Source of the DNA: a virus
Reading direction: 5' to 3' (one strand)
IMG/VR virus record: IMGVR_UViG_3300028883_000005
Span: 18,576 to 82,575 of that record
DNA: 64,000 nucleotides
Below, piece by piece: positions 36,117 through 46,400 of the stretch (its first letter is position 1; each line of letters begins with the position of its first letter). The notes beneath the pieces are model-generated. The model worked only from the letters and a program-made list of their open reading frames with translations, was not told the origin of the DNA and made no database searches. Made by a program: the position numbers and the translations under genes.

Positions 36117-36782
36117 TTATTTGGTGGTGATGATAATAGTCATCGCTTTTTGAATCAATTTGTTTCTCATCATCCTCCATTCTTCAGAACTTGCTCCGGC
36201 GGCTACAGCGTCCGTGGTGTCGATGGCAAGCTTCCAGTCTTTCAAGATAACACTTGCATCATCTAGAATTTTATTTACTTCGGTTACCCACTTGATTACT
36301 GTAGGATCGTTATAGGTAGCTTCCGGTAAAATCTCTAGCTGCTCTGCTACCCTGTTGTTAGCTTCCTTAAGAAAAGCAGTAGCTTCCAGATAAACCCCTT
36401 TGTTCACATCTAAAGCAGTACCACCCTGCTCCGCAATCTGCTGTGGAATGGTTTTATTAACACCACTACAACTTATAAAAAGCAGAGGTGCTGCAATAAA
36501 TACAACAATACACAAGGCATGTACAAGATAAATAAGAGATATCGAAGAGGATCCTTCTTGAGATTTTTTATATAGCTCTTTTCCTTTAGACCACGCAGCC
36601 GCCACCCCTGCTATCAAAATACCAAAATTTGATAGGAACTGGGTTGCTGAATCTATCAGCGTTTTTTGGTCCTCTTCACTAACCTCGATGTTGAGAGCTT
36701 TTAAGAGCAGAGACACTACTGCCAATAGAACAATCCCCACCCTTCCCTGAGCCAAGCTTTTAAGTAAACTATCGGTTTTCAT
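36117..36782 (-). CDS. Membrane protein: holin-like 2-TM N-terminus plus internal TM/lipobox and helical domain
   Basis: Two TM segments, KKSQEG, hydrophobic helix ending LFISC; RBS AAGGAGG. Confidence 0.6.
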   Translation of the reverse strand: MKTDSLLKSLAQGRVGIVLLAVVSLLLKALNIEVSEEDQKTLIDSATQFLSNFGILIAGVAAAWSKGKELYKKSQEGSSSISLIYLVHALCIVVFIAAPLLFISCSGVNKTIPQQIAEQGGTALDVNKGVYLEATAFLKEANNRVAEQLEILPEATYNDPTVIKWVTEVNKILDDASVILKDWKLAIDTTDAVAAGASSEEWRMMRNKLIQKAMTIIITTK

Positions 36783-36792
36783 AGCTCCTCCT

Positions 36793-37281
36793 TTACGCCG
36801 GGGATAACCCGGGAATTTTGATTTTATGCGGAGCGGTCAACAGCTTCCGCGCATTCTTTGGATCAGCCCATGATTTGGTTCGGTCGAGAACAAAGCGATA
36901 GGTGTGTGCTCTGCATTCCCACGCCCCGTCGTCTATCATAAGCCGTTCAATGACTTTGTTCGATGCGAACCGGCACCCCATGGGGATATAGCCACCGCGC
37001 ATTAACGCTGCCAGCGCATCATGGGCATGCCCCCCCCGCCCATTGGTGTTCGTATCAATCGTCGGGCCGCTGCAGCCGTCCCATGCAAAGTATTTTCCGA
37101 CCCACATCCAGCTGTCTGTGCGCAAAATGATCAGTTCTGTAACAATGGTTTTAGGCGGGAAAATGCCTGTGAAGTACACCATGTCGTTGCGTGATTGGTA
37201 CTTGAAGCCATCGACGTAGAACAGCTGCGGGGTTTCAACCATGTCGGTGCTGGCCGCCGAAATAAAGTCGTTCCGTTTCAT
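36793..37281 (-). CDS. DUF1353-like phage protein
   Basis: FAWDGCSGP..DT, AHDAL motifs. Confidence 0.65.
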   Translation of the reverse strand: MKRNDFISAASTDMVETPQLFYVDGFKYQSRNDMVYFTGIFPPKTIVTELIILRTDSWMWVGKYFAWDGCSGPTIDTNTNGRGGHAHDALAALMRGGYIPMGCRFASNKVIERLMIDDGAWECRAHTYRFVLDRTKSWADPKNARKLLTAPHKIKIPGLSPA

Positions 37282-37296
37282 GACTCGAATTCCTTT

Positions 37297-37695
37297 TTAT
37301 CTTACTATCTCGAAATGACCGTAATCACGCAGTTTGCCGACCTCGTTTTTGAAATTCCAATCGCCATCCCAATCACCCCCCCAGCGCAAGCGGAAGTTGT
37401 AGCATTTGGCTATTCCACGCAACACGCCGCCCAGTGCTATGAAGCGATCGATATCTTTCCAGTCAACGGGGTAGGGCGCCACGTCGATGGCATCCGACGG
37501 CCATTTATTGTGCTTCGATTGTCCGGCCTTGGCCCTGCTTTTACCTTCTGAATAGAGCTGGTCCTGGATGATGTTGTTGCGATACCCGCAAATCACGGTG
37601 AAATCGATCAGATCGATGGCCAAATGGGTGAGGGTAATAATTTCTCCGCAGCAAGTCGAAATTTTGTCTTTTGATGCACGGCTCAGAATAGGCAT
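37297..37695 (-). CDS. Endolysin, M15-family L-Ala-D-Glu peptidase
   Basis: CGYR...Q..LY, SKH...AIDVAPY, RWGGDW, DYGHFE; start moved to 37695. Confidence 0.9.
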   Translation of the reverse strand: MPILSRASKDKISTCCGEIITLTHLAIDLIDFTVICGYRNNIIQDQLYSEGKSRAKAGQSKHNKWPSDAIDVAPYPVDWKDIDRFIALGGVLRGIAKCYNFRLRWGGDWDGDWNFKNEVGKLRDYGHFEIVR

Positions 37696-37717
37696 ATCTG
37701 CACCTCCATGGCGGCCT

Positions 37718-38035
37718 TCATTTTCCGAATATGTGTTCGATTCCTTTCCTAAACACGAACACAACACCACCCGCTAACGACAGACAAATAAAAGTAACGA
37801 TCACGAGGCCTATCTTTTCGCCGCGCTTTTTGTACCTCGAAAGAAACTTAAGGTCCTCTCGTATAACCTCCACTCCGGCTGAATGTGACCCGTTGCCAAC
37901 ATCGCGGACCATCCCCATGAAATGCCCCATTTCAAGCTGTGCATCATGTGTGAGCCCGCACATGCAACTTTCTCTCATCTCTTCTTTAATAGCAGCTTTA
38001 ACAACTCTTTTGAGATCTTCCTCAGTGATATTCAT
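37718..38035 (-). CDS. Single-TM lysis-associated protein (holin/antiholin-like)
   Basis: C-terminal TM; directly upstream of endolysin. Confidence 0.55.
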   Translation of the reverse strand: MNITEEDLKRVVKAAIKEEMRESCMCGLTHDAQLEMGHFMGMVRDVGNGSHSAGVEVIREDLKFLSRYKKRGEKIGLVIVTFICLSLAGGVVFVFRKGIEHIFGK

Positions 38036-38072
38036 TATCGCTCCCGCCTGCACTCCATGACCAGCCTAGTTA

Positions 38073-39260
38073 TTAATCTCCACCTGTGCGGATACCTAAC
38101 CCACTAACGCCGGTAATGACCGTTGATTCTGTATATGTGACCGTGATTTGGTCCGTTCCTGTGTTGGAGGATGAGTCCGTGGCTGTTACTGTTATTGCGT
38201 TTTCGCCGTCAGATAAAACTATATCCGATATAGTCCAAGAAGTCGTTCCAGAGGCAGACCCAGAGGTCGGTTCGCACGTTGGACAAGCCCATGTTACCGA
38301 TGAAACCGATACGTTATCAGAAGATGTTCCACCTAAACTAACAGTGCTATCATACCCATTGTCGTAGGTTGCGCTTGAGGTTGGAGACGTTATTGTTACT
38401 ATCGGGTCTGTTGTGTCTTCACCTTCTGACCGAGCACCTATAGGGCTTGTGCTAACAACAACATCATCAAAATAAAATGATGTAACTGTGCTGGAAGACG
38501 GATTCATGTACCGCCAACCGGATATTCTAATGTCGCTGAGTTCGGCCGTAAACCCAGGTATGTTCTGGTCGATCATTACTGCATTTTCGTTGATCCATAT
38601 AGAAAAGAGGTTATTTTGGTTATCCAGCATAAACTCAACCAACACCCACTCCTCGGTATGCTCAGTCCAGTCAAATGCAGTCCTGCCGCCATTTACGGAA
38701 TATCGGTAATCCCCTCCGTTGGTGGCCACAGCAAGGTACTTTCCTCCGTCGCACCCTGAGTAGTTGTATTGGCAATTGATGAAATCTATAATTCCACCAG
38801 CCGCGAAATATGAATTTAAAAATATAAGATGGGTAGATGTCCACTCTGTCCCCGGTACAACATAAAGATAAAACCTTAGATATATTTTATTGTGTGCAGA
38901 TCCAAGGCTGTAAAGTATGTCGCATCCCGGCCCCTCCGTTCCAACACCATAGCTTGTACATTTAAGCGAGCTTGTCCCAGAATTTTTTATACTTGTCTGT
39001 ATTTCATTAAGCGATGACATAGCGGTATCATTTGGTGTAAATCCATGCCAAGGCGAACACCGCGAATCGGAAGAACAGGCACCGTCGTCTGGGCGGGCAC
39101 AACTTGAACACCTCGGGTAAGGCCAATCTTCTGCCGGTGGTGAATCCTGATCCCAATCCTCACAAAGCAGCCACCCCGTACCTCCCTCGGAGCAATTGTC
39201 ATACGCCCAAAGATTGGAGCATAAAAGAAGTACTGCTAAAATAATGATAAACTTTTTCAT
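38073..39260 (-). CDS. Exported Cys-rich protein: lectin/lyase-like beta-sandwich plus Ig-like domain
   Basis: Signal peptide MKKFIIILAVLLLCSNLWA; IYLRFY...W..VEF...YFDDVVVSTSPIG; DTTDP.VTITSP...G.N.ITVTATD. Confidence 0.75.
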   Translation of the reverse strand: MKKFIIILAVLLLCSNLWAYDNCSEGGTGWLLCEDWDQDSPPAEDWPYPRCSSCARPDDGACSSDSRCSPWHGFTPNDTAMSSLNEIQTSIKNSGTSSLKCTSYGVGTEGPGCDILYSLGSAHNKIYLRFYLYVVPGTEWTSTHLIFLNSYFAAGGIIDFINCQYNYSGCDGGKYLAVATNGGDYRYSVNGGRTAFDWTEHTEEWVLVEFMLDNQNNLFSIWINENAVMIDQNIPGFTAELSDIRISGWRYMNPSSSTVTSFYFDDVVVSTSPIGARSEGEDTTDPIVTITSPTSSATYDNGYDSTVSLGGTSSDNVSVSSVTWACPTCEPTSGSASGTTSWTISDIVLSDGENAITVTATDSSSNTGTDQITVTYTESTVITGVSGLGIRTGGD

Positions 39261-39922
39261 CAGTTCATCTCCGCTATTACAGATATATTGTACCCAGAGG
39301 AAACTTCTGTTGCCGAAGATGGATCAAAATTGGACAGAGTGGCACCGCCACTCATTGCTATGTACCAGTAATTACCTCCGCTTGTCCATCCACTCGAATG
39401 AATATCAAAGTCTGTGTCAGAGCCGTCAACAACACAGCCGATGGCATAATTCTTAGCTGATTCCAGGCACACCGTATCGTCTAAGGTAACAACAATAGCT
39501 TGACCCTGTGTATTGTTTCCCTCTCCTGTATTTGGGCCGTCTGCTAGCAGGGTGGCAGTTGAGGCGTTTTCGATTTCCCAAATACCGCAATTGATATAAT
39601 TCCCAGAATCAAGCATGCGCATGTTTACGGTTATTTGGTTAACAGTACCATCAGAAGATGTGTCCGTTGTGTAAACGTCAAAAATCAATACATCTTCTGA
39701 GTCAACCTGCCTATTGCCATCTGTTGTATTTAATCCAAGACCGGCAGATACACCACCAGCGCAGGATGGCGCACCACTCGCCACCGATTGGCCTTCCCGC
39801 GTGTCAGTAGCATTTTGGCCTTCCCATGTATCTGTCCCAGATTGGCCTTCAAACGTATCTACATCGGCAAAAACGAATGCGGCAAAAAGGAGTATTAATA
39901 ATATAGTTAGTAATTTTTTCAT
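39260..39922 (-). CDS. Exported acidic beta-rich protein
   Basis: Signal peptide MKKLLTILLILLFAAFVFA; DTxEGQ x3 repeat. Confidence 0.72.
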   Translation of the reverse strand: MKKLLTILLILLFAAFVFADVDTFEGQSGTDTWEGQNATDTREGQSVASGAPSCAGGVSAGLGLNTTDGNRQVDSEDVLIFDVYTTDTSSDGTVNQITVNMRMLDSGNYINCGIWEIENASTATLLADGPNTGEGNNTQGQAIVVTLDDTVCLESAKNYAIGCVVDGSDTDFDIHSSGWTSGGNYWYIAMSGGATLSNFDPSSATEVSSGYNISVIAEMN

Positions 39923-42777
39923 TACTCAACCTCTTGATATGGCCGTGAGAAGTCAAAGTATATTTCGGAATCAGACAAGGCCCATCCAATTATTTGAACA
40001 GCAGAGTTGGATGTAGACGGGGCTGTCTGGGTTAGGCCTCCTGCTGTTTCTGAAAGATAAACAAAACCACCTGGAGTAAGCCCTGTCCATCCTTCATTTC
40101 TCACAACACCTTTAACGAGAATCTTTGCTTCATTCCCGTCTGTACAGGCAGCCACAGATAGTCCAAATGCAGGAAATTCTCCTGCTGCATCAGCATCTGC
40201 CTGATGCCAAGGATCTGCATCATTTTGTATCGAAACTAAATCCCACTGTGTGAGGTTCTCACCGCAGTTTCTGCCGGTGATAGTAATGCCATTGAATTCA
40301 TCATCATCCATTCCATCGGCATCCGCCATTATTTCCACATCTGAATCATCATCTAGTGTAACCCCTTTCACCGCTAAAGTGATAGCTGCTGATTCTGATC
40401 CAGAGTTAGCTACGGTAACATCACTATTACCAGAATCTGCTATAGTAGCTACATAGTTACCAGTAGTATCTGTTCCCATTGCTACGGCATTTGCCGAAAT
40501 GCTACCATCCGACTCTAAATCGGCAGCATCCTCCCACTCAATACTCGCATCTGTATCGTCTAGATTAGCTGAGGCAAGACCAACGGCCGCAGCAGTTGGT
40601 GCTCCATTATCTCCTAGATAGGTTATATTATCCCAGTTAATATGTTCGTTATCTATAGAATCAGTATTATAATTATCTGAATCTATAACATCGGCACCAT
40701 TGAAATCTGTAAATGCCGTTGTTCCGTCGAGTATATTTGAAAACTGAGTTTGAATGTTACCAGTAAGATTATCTAAATAACCTATCTCTGTTGCTGTTAT
40801 AGCGGAAGCGGAAGGTTCTCCATCGGCATCTGAAACAATAGCTCTGCTTCCTGTTACAGTTACACCCTCAATTGTACCATCACCTGTCCAAACTCCCCAC
40901 TGATGGTTAGAAGGGGTTCCTACTTTGGATACATCGCCTCCTCCCATTCCTCCTACATAATCTATAACTGCGGCACAAGTTGGGATGGTAGTATCATTAT
41001 CGTTGCTTCCTATTCCTTCAGATTCGATAACCAGCGCGGCGGCTGCGATGTCTCCTATTACAATGTCGCCTACTTGAACAGCGGAGCCACCAACGTAAAT
41101 AGATTTAGTTGTTTCCCACCTATCATCAGATTCATCAAAACGTAGTATTTCTGTTCTGGTTCCTCCTTGAATAGTGGTTATCCAAAAATCCGCATCTTCT
41201 GAGTCTTCTGTTGTGGTTTCAAAATTACCATAGATCCTGAAAGTTTCTTTATCAGCATCCTCAGACCCCTCCCCATCGCTATCTAATAAAGAAATAAAAG
41301 GGTCAGATGCTGCGTTAAATCCCTCTACTAGGGATTGAGCTATTAAATTATCATCCGTATCGTCTCCGTTTAAGCGGTCAGGGTCTATATCATTAGAATC
41401 TGAATCCTCTTTATTACCAAGAGCTGTAGCTACAGCACCGGAACTAGGCACAGTGCTCGCTGTGCCTCCATCTGAAAGATCAGTATCTACAGGAAGTCTA
41501 GCATACTCCAAAGTACCTGAAGAGAAAAAAGCTGTGGCAGAATCTCCAGCATTAGCTGTGGTGGCGGTGGTTGCTAAATCTACCGTGATGTCGTTTGGAA
41601 CTTGACTATCGGTTACAGCACCCTGGAGATTAGATAAAGTTAAAACACCTTCTAAAGCAGTTTGGAATCCTGCTATTGCTGCCATTGCAGCATAGTCCGC
41701 AGCGGTCACCAGAGACAGTCCATTTGCACTAACCACATTTTCTGCAGATAGACCAGCCTCGATCTCGCTTGTCAAATAGGAAGCATCTGTAGGAGCTCCT
41801 GAAGTACTCGGCCATGAGTCGTCTATGGCTTTAAAAAGCTCGTCTATGGTGTCATCGTCTGCATCTCCGTAGTTATTATAGGTATTTCCTGCGGACAGGT
41901 CCGTAAAGGCAGTGTCTCCTATAGCTGCTCCTACTCCTATAGAAGTTACACCTGTTTGTAAAATGCTAATAGCACCTGAGATTTGAACTGCTTCTATTCT
42001 GCTATCACCAACGCCGTCGTAAATGAGCATTTGGGCATTGTTCATTCCTGTGATTTCAGCAGTTACACCATCTAAAGTAGTATCGCTACCACCAGCCCCC
42101 TCCACTGCTGTCTCTAAAGCTTGCAGAGCTGCTTTGATGGTTACATTGTCATTGATTGTGGTTCCGGTGAACTCTCCGAGGTGTTGCGCTCCATCAGCAA
42201 CACCAGAAAGTGTAATAAGATCATCAACAGACATGGCTGCCTGGACGGCTGAAGCATCTGCCATACCTAATAAATTTGAAGCATAGGCTCCTAGAGAAAG
42301 GGAACTCTCAAGGCTTGCGGCAGAGTTAATACCTAATGTAGCTAGCATTGTAGCAGCATTGGCATCGTCCAATAAAGTTTCTGCAAAGGCAGATATACTG
42401 GTATTGTCAAGCATTGCGAGCGTGATAGATCCGGCCTCAACACCGTCAGGAAGGCCGTCGAAATCAGGATCATGCTGAGCCAAGTAATCTCGTATATCGT
42501 CCTTAGAATAGGAATGAGTCTCGTCACCATTTCCACCGTCAGCTATTGTAGCGTCCACAACCTCGGTAGTTCCCGTTCCGCAAAGACCAGGTTCTATCGT
42601 TTTTGTGGCCCAGTTAATAACCCAACAATAACCATCCTCACCTGCTATTGGAGTCTGGAAGGTGAATCCCTTTACTGGGTTTGGAGAGGTGCCTTGCATT
42701 GCACCACAAAATGCAGTGGTGGGTATTAGAATAAATAATAGAATAAATAATAGAAAAACTATCCAGAGTCTTTTCAT
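39922..42777 (-). CDS. Large acidic fibre-like protein with signal peptide and C-terminal capsid-cement/DUF2190-like domain
   Basis: MKRLWIVFLLFILLFILIPTTAFC; fibre-type segments; DPDFDG motif; C-term GENL...ADAD...GL...GLTPG..VYLS..G.LT.TAP...IGWA. Confidence 0.72.
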   Translation of the reverse strand: MKRLWIVFLLFILLFILIPTTAFCGAMQGTSPNPVKGFTFQTPIAGEDGYCWVINWATKTIEPGLCGTGTTEVVDATIADGGNGDETHSYSKDDIRDYLAQHDPDFDGLPDGVEAGSITLAMLDNTSISAFAETLLDDANAATMLATLGINSAASLESSLSLGAYASNLLGMADASAVQAAMSVDDLITLSGVADGAQHLGEFTGTTINDNVTIKAALQALETAVEGAGGSDTTLDGVTAEITGMNNAQMLIYDGVGDSRIEAVQISGAISILQTGVTSIGVGAAIGDTAFTDLSAGNTYNNYGDADDDTIDELFKAIDDSWPSTSGAPTDASYLTSEIEAGLSAENVVSANGLSLVTAADYAAMAAIAGFQTALEGVLTLSNLQGAVTDSQVPNDITVDLATTATTANAGDSATAFFSSGTLEYARLPVDTDLSDGGTASTVPSSGAVATALGNKEDSDSNDIDPDRLNGDDTDDNLIAQSLVEGFNAASDPFISLLDSDGEGSEDADKETFRIYGNFETTTEDSEDADFWITTIQGGTRTEILRFDESDDRWETTKSIYVGGSAVQVGDIVIGDIAAAALVIESEGIGSNDNDTTIPTCAAVIDYVGGMGGGDVSKVGTPSNHQWGVWTGDGTIEGVTVTGSRAIVSDADGEPSASAITATEIGYLDNLTGNIQTQFSNILDGTTAFTDFNGADVIDSDNYNTDSIDNEHINWDNITYLGDNGAPTAAAVGLASANLDDTDASIEWEDAADLESDGSISANAVAMGTDTTGNYVATIADSGNSDVTVANSGSESAAITLAVKGVTLDDDSDVEIMADADGMDDDEFNGITITGRNCGENLTQWDLVSIQNDADPWHQADADAAGEFPAFGLSVAACTDGNEAKILVKGVVRNEGWTGLTPGGFVYLSETAGGLTQTAPSTSNSAVQIIGWALSDSEIYFDFSRPYQEVE

Positions 42778-42786
42778 TTTTTCCAC

Positions 42787-43185
42787 CTAGTCCATATATA
42801 TAATTTCTAAGGTGTCGCTGGCGGAATCCGCGATAGCATAAAATATTGTTTTTCCTGGATATGCTACTATCGCTAAACTCATATTGAAATCCACCAACAT
42901 ATACGCGCTGGGATTGGATTGTGTAGCCAAGCGCCAAGAATTCCCTGACCTAGTTTTTATGTAGATAGACTTACAATAGACTTCAGGAGGTAATGTGATT
43001 GCTACATATGAAGCTGAGGTTATAGAAACATTTTGAACTCTGATTACAGAGCTAACTGCTTGGATCGCACTACCTTGAACATCTCTAGGTAGTGGTTTAG
43101 ATGTTGCACCATAAATAACTAATGGTGCCGCAAAAGTAACAAACAACAACAATACCAAAATCAAAAGTTTTTTAAGGGTAATCAT
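42787..43185 (-). CDS. Small exported beta-rich protein
   Basis: RBS AGGAGGTG; MITLKKLLILVLLLFVTFAAPLVIYG signal-like N-terminus. Confidence 0.7.
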   Translation of the reverse strand: MITLKKLLILVLLLFVTFAAPLVIYGATSKPLPRDVQGSAIQAVSSVIRVQNVSITSASYVAITLPPEVYCKSIYIKTRSGNSWRLATQSNPSAYMLVDFNMSLAIVAYPGKTIFYAIADSASDTLEIIYMD

Positions 43186-43250
43186 TTTACACCTCCTTAT
43201 ACCATACATAGTATATCCGCCTTGCTTTTTCAACAATAAAGTTTTAAAAT

Positions 43251-43427
43251 CTACTTCTCAGATAAAGCTTTTTGGAGTTTTTTAATTTCCTCTCTGAGAA
43301 CTCGATTTTCAGACTCCAGAGTAGACACCGCCTCGGTTGCCATCGCGAGCTCCCTGGCGTATCTCCCTAGCCATTGATCGTATTTAGAAATATCCACATA
43401 CTGAACAGGTGATTTATTTTCGGGCAT
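43251..43427 (-). CDS. 58-aa coiled-coil protein (MPENKSPVQY...; below cutoff)
   Basis: Translated by hand; RBS GAGGAG; follows tail-tip gene. Confidence 0.65.
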   Translation of the reverse strand: MPENKSPVQYVDISKYDQWLGRYARELAMATEAVSTLESENRVLREEIKKLQKALSEK

Positions 43428-46400
43428 TCCTAATCTCCTCTTCTAAACTTATAATTTTGATGTTTAAAAATTCTATTGCAGAGGCTAAATCTTGACAGAA
43501 CACATCTGTAGCTCTGTGGGCACCAAAGGACAAGCCTATAGCAGATTTCAATGCAAAATAAGGTTTACCATCAGGATCTAACAAAGTTTCCTTAGTTTTC
43601 TTATTTTTAGTTGTAAACCAATCAGGAAGAGAATTATCATCTATAATACGAAACCCTGTTCTTTCATCATATTCTGAAGAAGGTCTTATAGAACTTATCA
43701 CAGATAAGTCATCTATATGTTCTATCAACCCATTAGTCTTTCTCCTCTCGTCCAAATAAGGGATATCTGCAACATTTTGAAAATCATCTGCATAAATATC
43801 ATCTGCAGCTTTGGCGGCGGTGAACACATCTAAAACTTTATGAGATGAAGGCCAAATTTCCTCACTCCCGTCTGCCAACTTATAAAAATCTATTTGTAGG
43901 CCACCATCCCCGGCGACATGGTTTCTTAAATCTATTCTAAATCTAGAATACGAATCGTTTTGTAAAATCTCTAGAGAAGCAGATTGCGTACCGTAATCTT
44001 CATCTAAAAGATCTAATGTTATATTGCTCCTTGCTGCCATAAAAGCAGTAGAGAATCTGTTTCCTAAATAAAAACCATTACCCATCATTAGTTGAGTTAC
44101 ATTATCTGCCTCCGGCTCTAAAATAAAACGATTGCCGTCTGTATCTGCCCCCATAATTGTAGAGTAAGAGGTTCCATTGAAAAGAATTTTTCCGGGGTCA
44201 CTATCATTTCCTTCCAATGTTATATCCGCCCCATCTGCGATTACTAAGCCTTCAGGTTGATTAACCGTTAAAACTGCATTATCTAAATCAAAAGACAAAT
44301 TTCCGTTTGTGGACTCCAAAACTCCTGAAATCAGCTTATCTGCAGACAGATATTTTACATGTTGATCTAAAACAGATAAATTCTTTATATAAGCTGAACC
44401 TATTACCTGATTAGCAGTGGCCGTCCAGGCCATAGTGTGTGTTCCACTATTATTGGTAGCAATTATAAAGTCCCCTTCATCTAGTGAAGGTTCTGTGGCG
44501 GCCGCAGAATAACTACTGTCTCCGTTATTCCACCAAACATAAGCTAAGTTAGTATTTCCTGCGGCAATTGTATATTCTGTACCATTATAATAAAGTTTGT
44601 GCTCTGTCCAAGAAATATAACCTGCAGACGGGTCATCGTCTGCCCAAGCATCGTCTACTAATACAGGTATTTCGGTGAAAGCACCACTCAGCTGAGCTAT
44701 GTCTGAAATTGCGGTGGAGGGTAGGTAAATAGAACCTGTGGTGTCGTTATCATCTGCAGCACTACTCTCATTTCCAAAAGTATCTACCGCTTTAACTTCA
44801 AAATAAAGGTCGGCTCCAGAAGGATAACTCTCAGCCTGTGAGTCCGTTAAAAAAACAAATGCCCTTCTATCGTATTTATCATTTTCTATCCAACTTCCCC
44901 ACCCTTCAGATTCTACTTGGAATCTGTACTCATAATGATCAAGGTCTCTTTCTGATCCTAAATTCCATTGGTATGCTAAACCATTCATATAAGGTGTAGA
45001 AGATAAACCATCAGGAGTGGCGGGTGCGGCATTTGTGAAAGTTACCACAGAAGATACAGATTCATCTAAGCTTCCCATCTCCACCGCTGCTATTCTAACT
45101 TTAACAGAGTTGGAAGGGGCACCGCTGTTATCTGAAACATTTTGCTCGTATGTATAAACATAATTATTTACAAAGGAGTCTACCTTTTTAGGAACTTCTA
45201 TACTACGCAGAACTGCTGTTTCCCCAGAATTTAAAAACTCTAATCTCACATGAGATAATGTTATGATCTCAGGTTCAGTCCAAGAAATATCTAGATCTCT
45301 ACTAGCCCAGGTTTGATTGCCTGTATCTGTGCATTCTATGTCTGTTACGGCTTCAATTCCATCGCCTTCGATCGTTACTGTTTCAGAACTTGTCCAATCA
45401 GAAAGCATTCCATAAACGCTTTCTGATCTGGCTTGAACTTCATAAGTAGATCCAACCTGCACCTCATTTATAGATGCTATAGGATCCTCAGAAGAGGCAT
45501 AAACAATCTTCCATTCTGTATAGGTATTTTCTTCTCTGAATCGTACATGATACCTTTTTATTTGGACACCTGGAGGAGACGGAGGTATCAAAGTTACTAC
45601 TATTCCATAACTCACCGTATTACCTGAAAACTCTACCACTCTAATTCCACTCTCTGCACTACTTATAGCAGGAGCAGAAGGTCGAACCCTAGTCGGATCA
45701 TAAGGAACCGTAACATGACTATCAAATTCTGGAGTTTCACCTTGGTCAGCATCATGAACTTCCGGAGCATAGTCCAAACAAATTAATTTAGCAGTGAGTT
45801 GGTGCCCTGGTTCTATACCATTTACAATTAGATCTATAGCCTCCTCATCTGCTTCGCCGAACAAGCATAAAGCTCCTATATCTGGTGCATTAGCTATTGT
45901 TAGAGAAGAGGACACGAATACAGTGGAGGAGGACCCTTCTATAGTTGTAAGCTCTATAGATACAGAGGTCCCGTCCATCTGACGAACTCTTAGACCGTAG
46001 GAAGTCCCTGAAGCCATAGTCCATACTTCATCTACGGTTATACTGGTTACATAAGTTCCATCATCTGTATAAGATTTTACCCTACCTGAACCTAAACCCA
46101 CGCTTATAATTTTATGATTGAATTTAATCCTATCTCCTCTGGTGCAGTCTAACTGCTCTGCATCACAAAAGAAGGTGTGAGTTTCAGGTCTTAACCTTAC
46201 AACAGCTAAAAAATATCTGGCTTGTGCCCAGGCTAATTCTACATTTGTTATACCAGGTAATTCTAGCTCTTCAAATAAAGTAGCATTAGCGGAGGTATAT
46301 CCATCGTCATATACTATTACTTCATCTTCGATATATCCTTTTTCTTCATTTTGTAATCTAACTCTATAAGCATGTGCTTTATTTACAAAAATCTTATTAT

